From: a virus
Taxonomy: Duplodnaviria > Caudoviricetes
Strand: one strand, 5' to 3'
DNA length: 64,000 bases
Virus record (IMG/VR): IMGVR_UViG_3300031418_000003
Both the position numbers and the translations under genes were made by a program. The number at the start of each line of letters is the position of its first letter. Within the stretch, counting starts at the first letter, position 1. The notes beneath the pieces are model-generated. The model did no database searches. It was not told the DNA's origin and saw nothing but the letters and a program-made list of their open reading frames with translations. This document shows positions 28,938 through 37,416 of this stretch, piece by piece.

Positions 28938-29795
28938 TTATTTACTTTTCTTGTCAGAACTCAGCTGCTCTTTCTGCTCAGCTACGTTCTCTTTAGCTTC
29001 CTGCTCGTTCTCTTTAGCAACGTCGACTGGGTCCTGAGTTGCGTCAGCAGAATTTGACTGACCAGTAGGACCATTGTCAGACGGACCCGGCTGAGCTGGG
29101 GTCTTCAGTTCCCGCTGAGTGCTTTCCGGATTGGCCTGATCGCTTTCGTTTGATGCTGGAGTGTTTTCTGAAGTCACTTGAGTTTTCCCTTCTGATTTGA
29201 GATCCACTTTAGAATCCATTTTAGAAGTGGATTCGGATGGAATGGTTGTTTCCTCTTTACCTTTCCCAAGGTAAGCAATCAGGAAACGACCAGCAACGAT
29301 CGGATGATCGATGTCTACATGACCAACAGCCTTCGAGTTTGAATCCGGCTTACCATAAATGGTCGGCACGAAAGAATCTTCAGGGAAAGAATAACCCGTC
29401 AGTTTCAAACCTTCAGAGATGTTGGAATCTTTCTCTACGACCAGATAACGACTTTTGTTTTCTTCGACGTAGAGTAAAGCTGGAATACTAACCAGATCCA
29501 GAGCAGCGATCTGTTCTGCGCCCTGCTGGTTAGCACGAGAAAGTGCGTCAATTGTTCCGGTATTGAAGCCAATGCTGCTGACCCAGTTGCCGCGTGCTTT
29601 AGCAGAAACTTTAACGGTGTATTTACCGGTTTTCAGGTCACGGTTAAACGGACCGAATACAACTTCTGACTCTTGCAGATCTTTGTATTTCTTTTCCGCC
29701 AGAGCGATATCTTTCTGATTACCTGATTTGCGGGCAGCATTAAGTTGCGCGTTAGTAAACAGATCAAGGAGATACTGATTAATAGTCTTAGACAT
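28938..29795 (-). CDS. Protein with N-terminal domain paralogous to that of the giant repeat protein, plus low-complexity S/T/E/Q/P tail
   Basis: DIALAEKKYKDL...PALLYVEENK...GHVDIDHP aligns by eye with ELALSKQRYDGL...PTLLYLKSEK...GTVTITDP of the 53848 ORF. Confidence 0.6.
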   Translation of the reverse strand: MSKTINQYLLDLFTNAQLNAARKSGNQKDIALAEKKYKDLQESEVVFGPFNRDLKTGKYTVKVSAKARGNWVSSIGFNTGTIDALSRANQQGAEQIAALDLVSIPALLYVEENKSRYLVVEKDSNISEGLKLTGYSFPEDSFVPTIYGKPDSNSKAVGHVDIDHPIVAGRFLIAYLGKGKEETTIPSESTSKMDSKVDLKSEGKTQVTSENTPASNESDQANPESTQRELKTPAQPGPSDNGPTGQSNSADATQDPVDVAKENEQEAKENVAEQKEQLSSDKKSK

Positions 29796-29908
29796 TATCT
29801 TTGTTCCATAGGAATGAGTGATTAATTTTCCCTACGAGAGAGAAAATTATAAATACCTTTCATAAAATGCCAGGTACCGTACTTAACAAAAAAAAATAAA
29901 CAAAGAGA

Positions 29909-29936
29909 TAATCCACTCCCAATCGGGAGTGGATTA
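29909..29936 (-). terminator. Hairpin terminator
   Basis: taatccactccc-aatc-gggagtggatta; offset ttattttttttt on the minus strand. Confidence 0.78.
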
Positions 29937-29939
29937 GTA

Positions 29940-30386
29940 TTACTCATCATTGTCCAGATTGCCAGGGAAGTAGTCAGCAGTGATGCGACCACCACACATA
30001 CCGACATAGGCAGTCATGATACCTGCACCTGATGCAACCATTGCAGACTGTGGTGCTGCTTTCAGAAACGGCGCAGCCATGGTCAGCGCTACACCGCCAG
30101 TAACCGCAGCAACGGCTGCAGATTTCTTAGAACCGGTTGGAGAAATCAGTTCCAGACCCACAGCCAGCGTCAGACCAATTACACCACCGACCAGGTTGCG
30201 GTTGTCTTTCAGGTAGTTGCCGGTTTTGACATGAAGCAATTTAGCATCAGCCAGTACCTGGTTAACCACTTTATCAATGTCTGTCAGTGGTTCACCGACC
30301 GCTGCCATTTTGATAGCAAGCAGTTTATCGGCGATTTCTTTATCAGTCAGTTCGTTCAGGTCGATAGCTTCGTTGTTGTTTTCCAT
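29940..30386 (-). CDS. Gly/Ala-rich hydrophobic (glycine-zipper-like) membrane protein
   Basis: Start at 30386 (MENNNEAIDL, AAGGA RBS); three G/A-rich hydrophobic segments; has its own promoter motif and terminator. Confidence 0.6.
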   Translation of the reverse strand: MENNNEAIDLNELTDKEIADKLLAIKMAAVGEPLTDIDKVVNQVLADAKLLHVKTGNYLKDNRNLVGGVIGLTLAVGLELISPTGSKKSAAVAAVTGGVALTMAAPFLKAAPQSAMVASGAGIMTAYVGMCGGRITADYFPGNLDNDE

Positions 30387-30441
30387 TTTGAAATCCTTTA
30401 TTAAATAAATGAGAGAGAACATTATTGTTCATATACACTTA

Positions 30442-30459
30442 AATAATATAGGTCTCAAA
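30442..30459 (-). promoter_or_regulatory. Putative early promoter motif
   Basis: Minus strand TTTGAGACCTATATTATT followed by taagtgtata. Confidence 0.6.
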
Positions 30460-30474
30460 TAGGATGCAACTGAA

Positions 30475-31062
30475 TCACGAAGCGTTTAACTTACCTGTAC
30501 GATGATGGTTACGACAGACGGAGACATAAGTATCATTCCCACCTACTTCAACCTGCTTGCCTTCTCTGACTACCCTTCTATTCTCATCTAGCCGTAGAAC
30601 CATGTTGGCACGTTTACCACACCAACAGATCGTTCTAATCTCAACCAGGCGATCTGCCTGCGCAAATAACGTATTCGATCCCTCAAATAAGTTACCTTGA
30701 AAGTCCGTCCGTAGACCGTAAGCCATTACTGGGATGTTCAGGATGTCAACCACTTCAGTAAGCTGGATAGCTTGTTCTTTAGTGATGAACTGAACCTCGT
30801 CAATAAAGATACAGACGATCTTTGGATTCTCCGCCCACATGTCACCAATAAAGGTATACAAGTCCTGTTCAGGAGAAAACAGAATACAAGGCGTTTCATT
30901 ACCCATACGAGAACGAACCACCGCCTCACCTTCACGGGTGTCAATACTTGGCTTTAACACCAAAGTCTGCATACCCTGTTCGAGATAGTTGTGGTTGTCC
31001 TTTAATAGGAGTGCGGACTTTCCCGCGTTCATGGTACTGTAGTGAAAATGAAGGGAAGCCAT
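30475..31062 (-). CDS. tdk: Thymidine kinase
   Basis: YSTMNAGKS, IFIDEVQF, YGLRTDFQGNLFEGS, CWCG and YVSVCRNH motifs. Confidence 0.96.
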   Translation of the reverse strand: MASLHFHYSTMNAGKSALLLKDNHNYLEQGMQTLVLKPSIDTREGEAVVRSRMGNETPCILFSPEQDLYTFIGDMWAENPKIVCIFIDEVQFITKEQAIQLTEVVDILNIPVMAYGLRTDFQGNLFEGSNTLFAQADRLVEIRTICWCGKRANMVLRLDENRRVVREGKQVEVGGNDTYVSVCRNHHRTGKLNAS

Positions 31063-31074
31063 ATGGATCCTTAA

Positions 31075-31350
31075 TTAATGATAAATAAGCCAAAGAAATT
31101 GTGCAGGTATCCCAATCAGAACCATGTAGTTAAGAAAAGGTTTCTCTAACATATTGTCTTTGAACTCAAAAATTACTTCAAAAAGTCTTGCAACCAGAGC
31201 GCCCAAAGTAAAGTAGGCAAATATCTTGTAATTAAGGACCAACGCAAGTGTGACAACCATTACAATGAATATCAACGCGAATAAATTGTCTTGGGTGAAG
31301 AGGGTCTTTCTTCCACCGTCCTTTACTGCGGTCAATCGTTTAAACAACAT
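31075..31350 (-). CDS. Small multi-TM membrane protein
   Basis: 91 aa with about 3 hydrophobic segments; GGAGG RBS. Confidence 0.65.
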   Translation of the reverse strand: MLFKRLTAVKDGGRKTLFTQDNLFALIFIVMVVTLALVLNYKIFAYFTLGALVARLFEVIFEFKDNMLEKPFLNYMVLIGIPAQFLWLIYH

Positions 31351-31514
31351 GTCACGCCTCCTCTCGGAGGTTATTGCCCTCTACCAGCTGCATACTGCGC
31401 CTCGATATGGCTAAAGCATATTAATCGAGATCAGGGCTGATATCCGTTGCATGATAATTGTCAGATTCCTTTCTACCCTTTCACATTTTTAACAAAAAAA
31501 AATAGAGGAAGACA

Positions 31515-31540
31515 CTACCTCAGGGATATCCCTGAGGTAG
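31515..31540 (-). terminator. Hairpin terminator
   Basis: Perfect palindrome ctacctcagggatatccctgaggtag; offset tatttttttt on the minus strand. Confidence 0.75.
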
Positions 31541-31547
31541 CACCTAA

Positions 31548-33113
31548 TTACTGATAGTTCTGATTAGAACGACCCATGACATTATTGATCTTGCCCAGAG
31601 TTTTCGCAGTTGCCCACGCACCCTCAAGCGCAATCATTGTTGCAGCAGCATTGTCAAATACAGCGGTCGGTTTATCAGAAACCTCGCCGGTAACCAAATC
31701 AACATATTTACCGTACTCAGCATCGCCAGGGCGAAGGTTAGTCAGGTGCATATATTGCTCGGTCAGTAGATCAGAAAGATCAATCCGCAGTTGTTCAAGT
31801 TCCTCATCAGATTGTTCGGGTTGCTCTGAGACGAACTTGCTGGCTTCCATATAACCGTAACCAATGCCCGGAAGGACACCGTACTGAAGACCTGTGCGGG
31901 CTGCCTTCATCACATCTTCGTAACGATAATAACGTTCGGATGCATCCGAATCAGTCACGCCAGTTACTTTGATAGTAATGTTGTTTGCACGCAGGCGACC
32001 GATACGATCATGCAGACTACGGCCAATCACGGTAGCGCGATCAACCACAGTCATCGCTTCATAGCGTTCGTCCAGAGGTTTCAGAATCTTCTCCAGAACT
32101 TCGCTCACCCCTTCCTGCTCTGCATTTACATAAACGCCGCGAGCATTGATGATGAACTTGGCTTTGTTTGGATTGACATCAGAGTCTGTAACCGTCCGCA
32201 GATCAAAGATAGGTTGAGTCCCTACCAGTGCACCCAAATCAGAGAACAGCGATGTACCGAGTTTGCCCGCTGCGTGTAACTGCACTGGCAGAATAGCAAA
32301 ACGCTTCAGGTCATTGTTGAACTGATTGATTTGCTGCAGAGCGTTGTTCTCAAAGTTACGCGCAATCAGAAGTGTCAGTTTGTTAAAGTCTTTGTTGGTG
32401 ATCGTAGAGAGCGACTCGCCCGTCACCGTCCGAATAGAATCATCAACGATAACCACATTAAGACCATCAACCGGCGCTTTTAATCCTGCCGCACCAAACT
32501 GATCATTCATGCCATCGAGAGCAAATACGCCTGGGAAGAAAATGTCGTTGGTCAGATCAATCTCATCTTCTTTCAGTGCCGGGACTTTAACCAGACGAAT
32601 GTTTGGTTTGTCATACTTGCTAAAGATTTCCAGCACCTTATCAACGATGGTTTCTTCGTAGTTTGAAGATGTCATCAACATGCTGCGAAACTCTGGTGTC
32701 CCCACTTTACATGGAATGATCAGAGATTCTAAATGACCCTTGACATCCCGCATCAGACTATCCAGATAACGCAAGTTCTTAAAGGTCAAACGATCTTTGA
32801 ACTTGGTATACAGTTGATAAGTCTGAAACACAGTGGTGGTTGTACCATCGCCGACTTCGTTATCAGTTTTGATTGAAGGTTCGGTAATGATCTTCGCGAT
32901 CAGGTTCTGACGAGCTTCGTTGAAGTCCAGCGCCTTCGCTACACTGACGCCGTCCTTGGTAACCTTAGGAATGTTGGTCTGATTGATTACCACATAACGG
33001 CCATTTGGACCCATGGTAGAACACACAGACTCAAATGCACATTGAACTACCTTATCAACGATTTCACGAGTTTCGTCTTTGGCAGTAAAAGTCTTTTCCA
33101 GTAATACAGACAT
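31548..33113 (-). CDS. groEL: GroEL-like chaperonin
   Basis: STMGPNGRYV, VTKDGVSVAK, VGDGTTTT, GVLPGIG, VFDNA; no GGM tail; no GroES gene nearby. Confidence 0.93.
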   Translation of the reverse strand: MSVLLEKTFTAKDETREIVDKVVQCAFESVCSTMGPNGRYVVINQTNIPKVTKDGVSVAKALDFNEARQNLIAKIITEPSIKTDNEVGDGTTTTVFQTYQLYTKFKDRLTFKNLRYLDSLMRDVKGHLESLIIPCKVGTPEFRSMLMTSSNYEETIVDKVLEIFSKYDKPNIRLVKVPALKEDEIDLTNDIFFPGVFALDGMNDQFGAAGLKAPVDGLNVVIVDDSIRTVTGESLSTITNKDFNKLTLLIARNFENNALQQINQFNNDLKRFAILPVQLHAAGKLGTSLFSDLGALVGTQPIFDLRTVTDSDVNPNKAKFIINARGVYVNAEQEGVSEVLEKILKPLDERYEAMTVVDRATVIGRSLHDRIGRLRANNITIKVTGVTDSDASERYYRYEDVMKAARTGLQYGVLPGIGYGYMEASKFVSEQPEQSDEELEQLRIDLSDLLTEQYMHLTNLRPGDAEYGKYVDLVTGEVSDKPTAVFDNAAATMIALEGAWATAKTLGKINNVMGRSNQNYQ

Positions 33114-33154
33114 GGTTGATCCTTATTTCTCTAAAGTAATGGGGGCGGGTAAAT

Positions 33155-33550
33155 TCATTCTGCTACAGGGAGCATGCGATCATCAAAGTCAGCTTGTTCA
33201 CGGTGGAACAGTTGACCTGTTGTGGTATCTTTATAGACAACCCTTGATGTTCGACTAATGCCAAACAGTCTGGCATTATAATCGACACCATTAAAGTTGA
33301 CCTTCCATTCATATACTAAAAGGTCACCTGGACCCTGATGGATAGTGAACTTTTCATGTCGAGAGTGTCCAGCGCCGATACTGAGTCCTAACTCAACAAA
33401 GTAGTCAGGAATGCTGCGCGGATATTCGGGTTTGGCAATACCGATTAATTCGTAGGTGCCGCCTTTCCCGTTACAGGTGAAAAGCTTCTTACTTACGCTG
33501 TCTTCGGACATCCAGTTTGTTTCCATAACCAGGCGTAGAACACTGGCCAC
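33155..33550 (-). CDS. Hypothetical protein
   Basis: ORF between the membrane gene and groEL; real start may be the downstream Met (MSEDSV). Confidence 0.6.
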   Translation of the reverse strand: MASVLRLVMETNWMSEDSVSKKLFTCNGKGGTYELIGIAKPEYPRSIPDYFVELGLSIGAGHSRHEKFTIHQGPGDLLVYEWKVNFNGVDYNARLFGISRTSRVVYKDTTTGQLFHREQADFDDRMLPVAE

Positions 33551-33720
33551 CCAACGATCAACCCGATGGTGACCCCAACGTATTTAAGGTGCTGAGTAAA
33601 TCCCTCACGTTTACGGTAAGGTTCACCACAACACCACATGAATTTCAACCAGGTCAAGCAACCGGTTGAAAACCACATCATGATTATAATTACTGCTGTA
33701 GTCAAAAGGATATAGCTCAT
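33493..33720 (-). CDS. Small two-TM membrane protein
   Basis: Start at 33720 (MSYILLTT, GGAG RBS); first gene after a promoter motif. Confidence 0.6.
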   Translation of the reverse strand: MSYILLTTAVIIIMMWFSTGCLTWLKFMWCCGEPYRKREGFTQHLKYVGVTIGLIVGWPVFYAWLWKQTGCPKTA

Positions 33721-33767
33721 TATTTTTATTTCACTCCAATAAAACATTATCGTAAGTTATACACCTA

Positions 33768-33785
33768 GATAATATCTGCCTGACT
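33768..33785 (-). promoter_or_regulatory. Putative early promoter motif
   Basis: Minus strand AGTCAGGCAGATATTATC followed by taggtgtataac. Confidence 0.6.
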
Positions 33786-33815
33786 TATTTTTAAAGACAA
33801 AAATAATAGAAAAGA

Positions 33816-33839
33816 AGTAAGGGGCAATTGCCCCTTACT
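33816..33839 (-). terminator. Hairpin terminator
   Basis: agtaaggggc-aatt-gccccttact; T-rich run downstream on the minus strand. Confidence 0.72.
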
Positions 33840-33846
33840 CTCTAAC

Positions 33847-34221
33847 CTAATACCACATCTTCTCAGGGTAATGAAGGAACAAGGAATAGCGGAAGATCAT
33901 GAATGTGATTATTAACAACACCGCTCTTACCACATGGGCATTCATTCCCCTCAACCACGGTACTTTGTTACTTATATAATCCCGTGTTGTTGGGGACCAC
34001 AGCAGGATAGCCGTTCCCGCAACCAATCCCCAGAACACCACGACAAGATAATTAGCAACAAAGGGATGAACCATCAAAGCAGACGTCATCGCAACTGGAA
34101 TCAGTCTGCCTCTTAAGATACTCACCTTTCGCTCAAGTAATTCACAGAGCCATCCCCAGGCAAGTACATAAAGGATGAACCCCATGATTTCCCAGCCGAA
34201 GCTAAATATGAATGTCTTCAT
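33847..34221 (-). CDS. Multi-TM membrane protein
   Basis: 124 aa, about 4 hydrophobic segments. Confidence 0.65.
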   Translation of the reverse strand: MKTFIFSFGWEIMGFILYVLAWGWLCELLERKVSILRGRLIPVAMTSALMVHPFVANYLVVVFWGLVAGTAILLWSPTTRDYISNKVPWLRGMNAHVVRAVLLIITFMIFRYSLFLHYPEKMWY

Positions 34222-34526
34222 GCTCTCCCTTTGCGCCGTTTACCGGGTTTCTTTTTCTTGGCTAACTCTGCATAAGAACCCAGAGACTTAACCTGTTTAA
34301 CAAAAAGCTTTCGCTGTTTCTCATTATATTCAATTACGTCCAGTTCACGAACCAGTGTTCCATGGATGTTAAAGAACTTGGTTCCCAACTTGATTCCCTC
34401 GGGATCAACATGGACTGCTGATCGGGAACCGGCTAACACGATGAAGTTAGGTTCAGCACGAACTGCCCAGAATGCATCGTTGTGTGGAGACTGATCGGTT
34501 GGTGCGAGATTAAACGTTCTTTCCAT
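34218..34526 (-). CDS. Hypothetical protein with basic C-terminus
   Basis: Start at 34526 (MERTFNL) with AAGGAG RBS inside the DHFR 3-prime end. Confidence 0.6.
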   Translation of the reverse strand: MERTFNLAPTDQSPHNDAFWAVRAEPNFIVLAGSRSAVHVDPEGIKLGTKFFNIHGTLVRELDVIEYNEKQRKLFVKQVKSLGSYAELAKKKKPGKRRKGRA

Positions 34527-35244
34527 TTTCTTTCTCCTTCTCTTTCTTGATTTCAGCGGCGATGCCTTCTGGCTCGCGATGGATGTATTCGATCTGCATG
34601 ACATCGGAATCGGCACGCTTAGCGGTTTCTTCGGTCACGTCCCAAATCTCAAACTTGGGTTCCAGGTATTTGGTTTTGTCCCGGTAGATCAGATCAAAAT
34701 CTTTCAGGTCCAGATGAACAAACGTATCTGCTTCAAACTCACCATCAAAGGTAGTTAGGTAGATGCGTGAAGTGACTTCCATGAATGCCTGATAAATCTG
34801 GGCACCACCGATGACCATGACTTCCCCACCTTGGTGGAATTTACCTAAGCCGGCTTCGATAGCTTGCTTTGCTTTCTCTGGGGATTGAGCCAAAAGAACA
34901 GTTGGCATATTTTCAGCCTTGTTCTCCCGTTGTGATAACCAAGCACTCATAAAGACGTTGATGTCGTTCTTGACTGCCTTACAGTTAGCATTACTAATAA
35001 TAATATTAGCACGCCCCGGTAAAGGTTTACGACCAATGCTGACCCAGGTATTGTAACCCATGACAACGATCTTGCCTTTGGTCTTCTCTTTGAACCATTC
35101 CATGTCGGTTTTATTACTGACTAACCCTTTCCATGGCAGACCATTTTTGAAACCAATGGCACCGCGATTATCAACTGCCATAATCAACGAGAAAGTGGTA
35201 TATTGCACTGGATTAGAGATTTTGTAAAAAGCAAAATTGTTCAT
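34510..35244 (-). CDS. folA: Dihydrofolate reductase
   Basis: IMAVDNRGAIGFKNGLPW, DMEWFK, VVMGYNTW, KPLPGRANII, VIGGAQIY, FEADTF. Confidence 0.93.
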   Translation of the reverse strand: MNNFAFYKISNPVQYTTFSLIMAVDNRGAIGFKNGLPWKGLVSNKTDMEWFKEKTKGKIVVMGYNTWVSIGRKPLPGRANIIISNANCKAVKNDINVFMSAWLSQRENKAENMPTVLLAQSPEKAKQAIEAGLGKFHQGGEVMVIGGAQIYQAFMEVTSRIYLTTFDGEFEADTFVHLDLKDFDLIYRDKTKYLEPKFEIWDVTEETAKRADSDVMQIEYIHREPEGIAAEIKKEKEKENGKNV

Positions 35245-35252
35245 AATGTTTC

Positions 35253-35753
35253 CTATAGCTCTTTAGCCATGTAGATTTCAGTGGTGGAGTAACTCAGAGC
35301 TTTGTAAAACTCTTGAGCCGCAGTGTTTTTACCGAGAACAGAAAGACGCATGGCACGACAGTCCATTTTCTTAGCGATGCTCTCAGCTTCTTTCATAAGG
35401 TGAACGCCATAACCTTTGCGTTGGTATTTCTTCTTAATATGAAGAAACCCAAATAACGCTAAGCGATAGCCATTCGAATCGACAGGACGCACCAATGTAG
35501 TCCCGATAACTTCTTGTGTACTAGGGTTAGTAATAAAGACCAGATATGCACCCGATGTGACAAAGTCAGCCAGGCGGTTCTGTTTACCCACCCCCATGTC
35601 TTTCTCAAACTGAAGATGACGGAATTGTGCTTCATGATCAACCAGGTCATTCATCAGAGTTAAGAGTTCAGACTCCCAATCACCCGCGATGCCCTTGACT
35701 ACATCTTCGTTGGTGACAATCCAGGTTACGGCACGTTTATTTGGCATTATCAT
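35253..35753 (-). CDS. GNAT-family N-acetyltransferase
   Basis: Motif A LHIKKKYQRKGYGVHLM; NTAAQEFYKALSY. Confidence 0.88.
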   Translation of the reverse strand: MIMPNKRAVTWIVTNEDVVKGIAGDWESELLTLMNDLVDHEAQFRHLQFEKDMGVGKQNRLADFVTSGAYLVFITNPSTQEVIGTTLVRPVDSNGYRLALFGFLHIKKKYQRKGYGVHLMKEAESIAKKMDCRAMRLSVLGKNTAAQEFYKALSYSTTEIYMAKEL

Positions 35754-36414
35754 CCCGCCCAGATAAATCCATGATCATGCTACCGAGTGCGTTAACAGAC
35801 CTGAATTTGTTTTGATGTTTGTAAGCTTCATAGTTACACAATTCCTGATACACCAGAACAGATTCATTTGGATTGTGAACAGTATGAAGATCACCGAAAG
35901 GGTTATCATCCAGCAACAGAATCTCGTAATCAGAATACAGCGATTTCAGGTAATCAATTTTATTACGATGCTGGGTATTGTTGATGAAATGAAGATCATC
36001 GATGTGCTGAGAAAAATTAACGCGATCTAACCAATCGGTCGTGTTCTCAAATACGTCCCGTTCACCATTCCGATGAGTACCGATGATAGTTTTCAGATCA
36101 CCACCTAACGCATCGCGTAAGCGGGCAATCATCTCACCCAGTTTACCATCGGTGATTAAACTGGTAGGTTTGACAGTATTGATATAACTGCCTTCCTGAA
36201 TAATCTCTTTATTGATGATATCGCGAAGATGTGGAGGATAAAGCATGGTGGAATGTTTACCATCTTTACGGTTAGCGTGCACGGAGTCATAGACCCATTT
36301 CAGGTCATCCCAGGCTGCTTTGTCGTAGAGCTTACGACGTAAACGAATAACCACTTCTTCTTGGGTATCACACAGGGTGTCATCCATGTCCAACACTAAC
36401 AGTACTTTACTCAT
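35737..36414 (-). CDS. HAD-superfamily hydrolase (5-prime-nucleotidase-like)
   Basis: VLDMDDTLCDT (motif I), LLLDDNP (motif IV); start at MSKVLL. Confidence 0.78.
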   Translation of the reverse strand: MSKVLLVLDMDDTLCDTQEEVVIRLRRKLYDKAAWDDLKWVYDSVHANRKDGKHSTMLYPPHLRDIINKEIIQEGSYINTVKPTSLITDGKLGEMIARLRDALGGDLKTIIGTHRNGERDVFENTTDWLDRVNFSQHIDDLHFINNTQHRNKIDYLKSLYSDYEILLLDDNPFGDLHTVHNPNESVLVYQELCNYEAYKHQNKFRSVNALGSMIMDLSGRDDNAK

Positions 36415-36517
36415 TATTATCTCGCTTAAACAAAAAAATTTATATGGGTAAACATTCAATTGCACCGACAGTTAAGGAGTAATTCCCTAAGTTGCCGATG
36501 CAATTGATTTCGTTTCA

Positions 36518-36847
36518 TTAAGCCGCCATTACGATGCTGTTGAATGCAGCTGCAGTAGCTTCATCCCAAACACCAGTAGCACGCAGGCCTTTCATGTTGT
36601 TAACTTCAGCCAGGTCGTTATACCAAGCCTGGAAAGTTTCAACGCCAGAAGCAGTGATGCGAGTGCGGAACAGTGGCAGGGCACCGAACACTTTACGGGC
36701 CAGAGTTTTCAGAACAGCCATTGCAGTGTAGCCAATGGTTTCTTCTTTAGTAACGTTAGCATCGAACTTAGACAGAGTCTTCAGCATGAATGCAACGCCG
36801 TCGTTGTTACGGGTATTGAAATGGTTTACTTCAGCATAGTTGTACAT
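36518..36847 (-). CDS. Small protein with peptidoglycan-binding (PG_binding_1-like) motif, no catalytic domain
   Basis: GVETFQAWYN...GLRATGVWDEATAAA; own promoter motif; codon usage typical of high expression. Confidence 0.6.
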   Translation of the reverse strand: MYNYAEVNHFNTRNNDGVAFMLKTLSKFDANVTKEETIGYTAMAVLKTLARKVFGALPLFRTRITASGVETFQAWYNDLAEVNNMKGLRATGVWDEATAAAFNSIVMAA

Positions 36848-36891
36848 AATGATATCCTTAAATTTAATTAAACAGTTTATGTTTATACACT

Positions 36892-36911
36892 GTAATTATA
36901 TATGTCTGAAA
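36892..36911 (-). promoter_or_regulatory. Putative early promoter motif
   Basis: Minus strand TTTCAGACATATATAATTAC followed by agtgtata. Confidence 0.55.
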
Positions 36912-36935
36912 TCCTTTCCAACTAAATCTGAACCC

Positions 36936-36963
36936 TCCTACTCTCCCGTTAGGAAGAGTAGGA
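36936..36963. terminator. Hairpin (family 1)
   Basis: tcctactct...agagtagga; offset ttattatttttt lies on the + strand. Confidence 0.65.
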
Positions 36964-36975
36964 AGATGAGACTTA

Positions 36976-37359
36976 TTATTTTTTACAATCAGCAATTAAT
37001 GATATCAAGCAATTGTAGGTATTAATCCCCCACAACCCATCCTTCTGTGGTTTACGGAAATGTACAGTACCGTGTTGTTCCTTCACTTTATAATAGAGCG
37101 CACTGTACCACTGTTGAAAGACATCAATGCCATTCTCCCAATAACCACTCTCAGGCAAAGGAGGGAGCCGAAGTTCGTCAGCAAATACTTGACGGGCAGG
37201 AGATAGATGCATCCTGATAAACTGGTTAAGTGCACTGAGTGTCTTAGGACCAAACATTCCATCAACGGAGATCGTTGGATAATACCCAACAATTTCAGCA
37301 TTGATTAAAGCTTGAATGGTACCCACACCGGCAATATTAATAATGTCTTGACGTTTCAT
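36976..37359 (-). CDS. Small protein with two PG_binding_1-like repeats, no catalytic domain
   Basis: IQALIN...ISVDGMFGPKTLSAL and GIDVFQQWY...KDGLWGINT. Confidence 0.65.
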   Translation of the reverse strand: MKRQDIINIAGVGTIQALINAEIVGYYPTISVDGMFGPKTLSALNQFIRMHLSPARQVFADELRLPPLPESGYWENGIDVFQQWYSALYYKVKEQHGTVHFRKPQKDGLWGINTYNCLISLIADCKK

Positions 37360-37377
37360 AATACTCTCTCGGTTAAG

Positions 37378-37409
37378 AACTTCTACTCTCCCGATGGAGA
37401 GTAGAAGTT
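37378..37409. terminator. Hairpin (family 1)
   Basis: aacttctactctcc-cgat-ggagagtagaagtt immediately after the thyA stop. Confidence 0.72.
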
Positions 37410-37416
37410 AGATATG

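Noticed and set aside
31352-31452. Two 13-codon minus-strand mini-ORFs (MQRISALISINML, MQLVEGNNLREEA) upstream of the 31075-31350 gene
   Set aside because: Too short, poor RBS spacing, no regulatory codon runs; cannot be told from chance.
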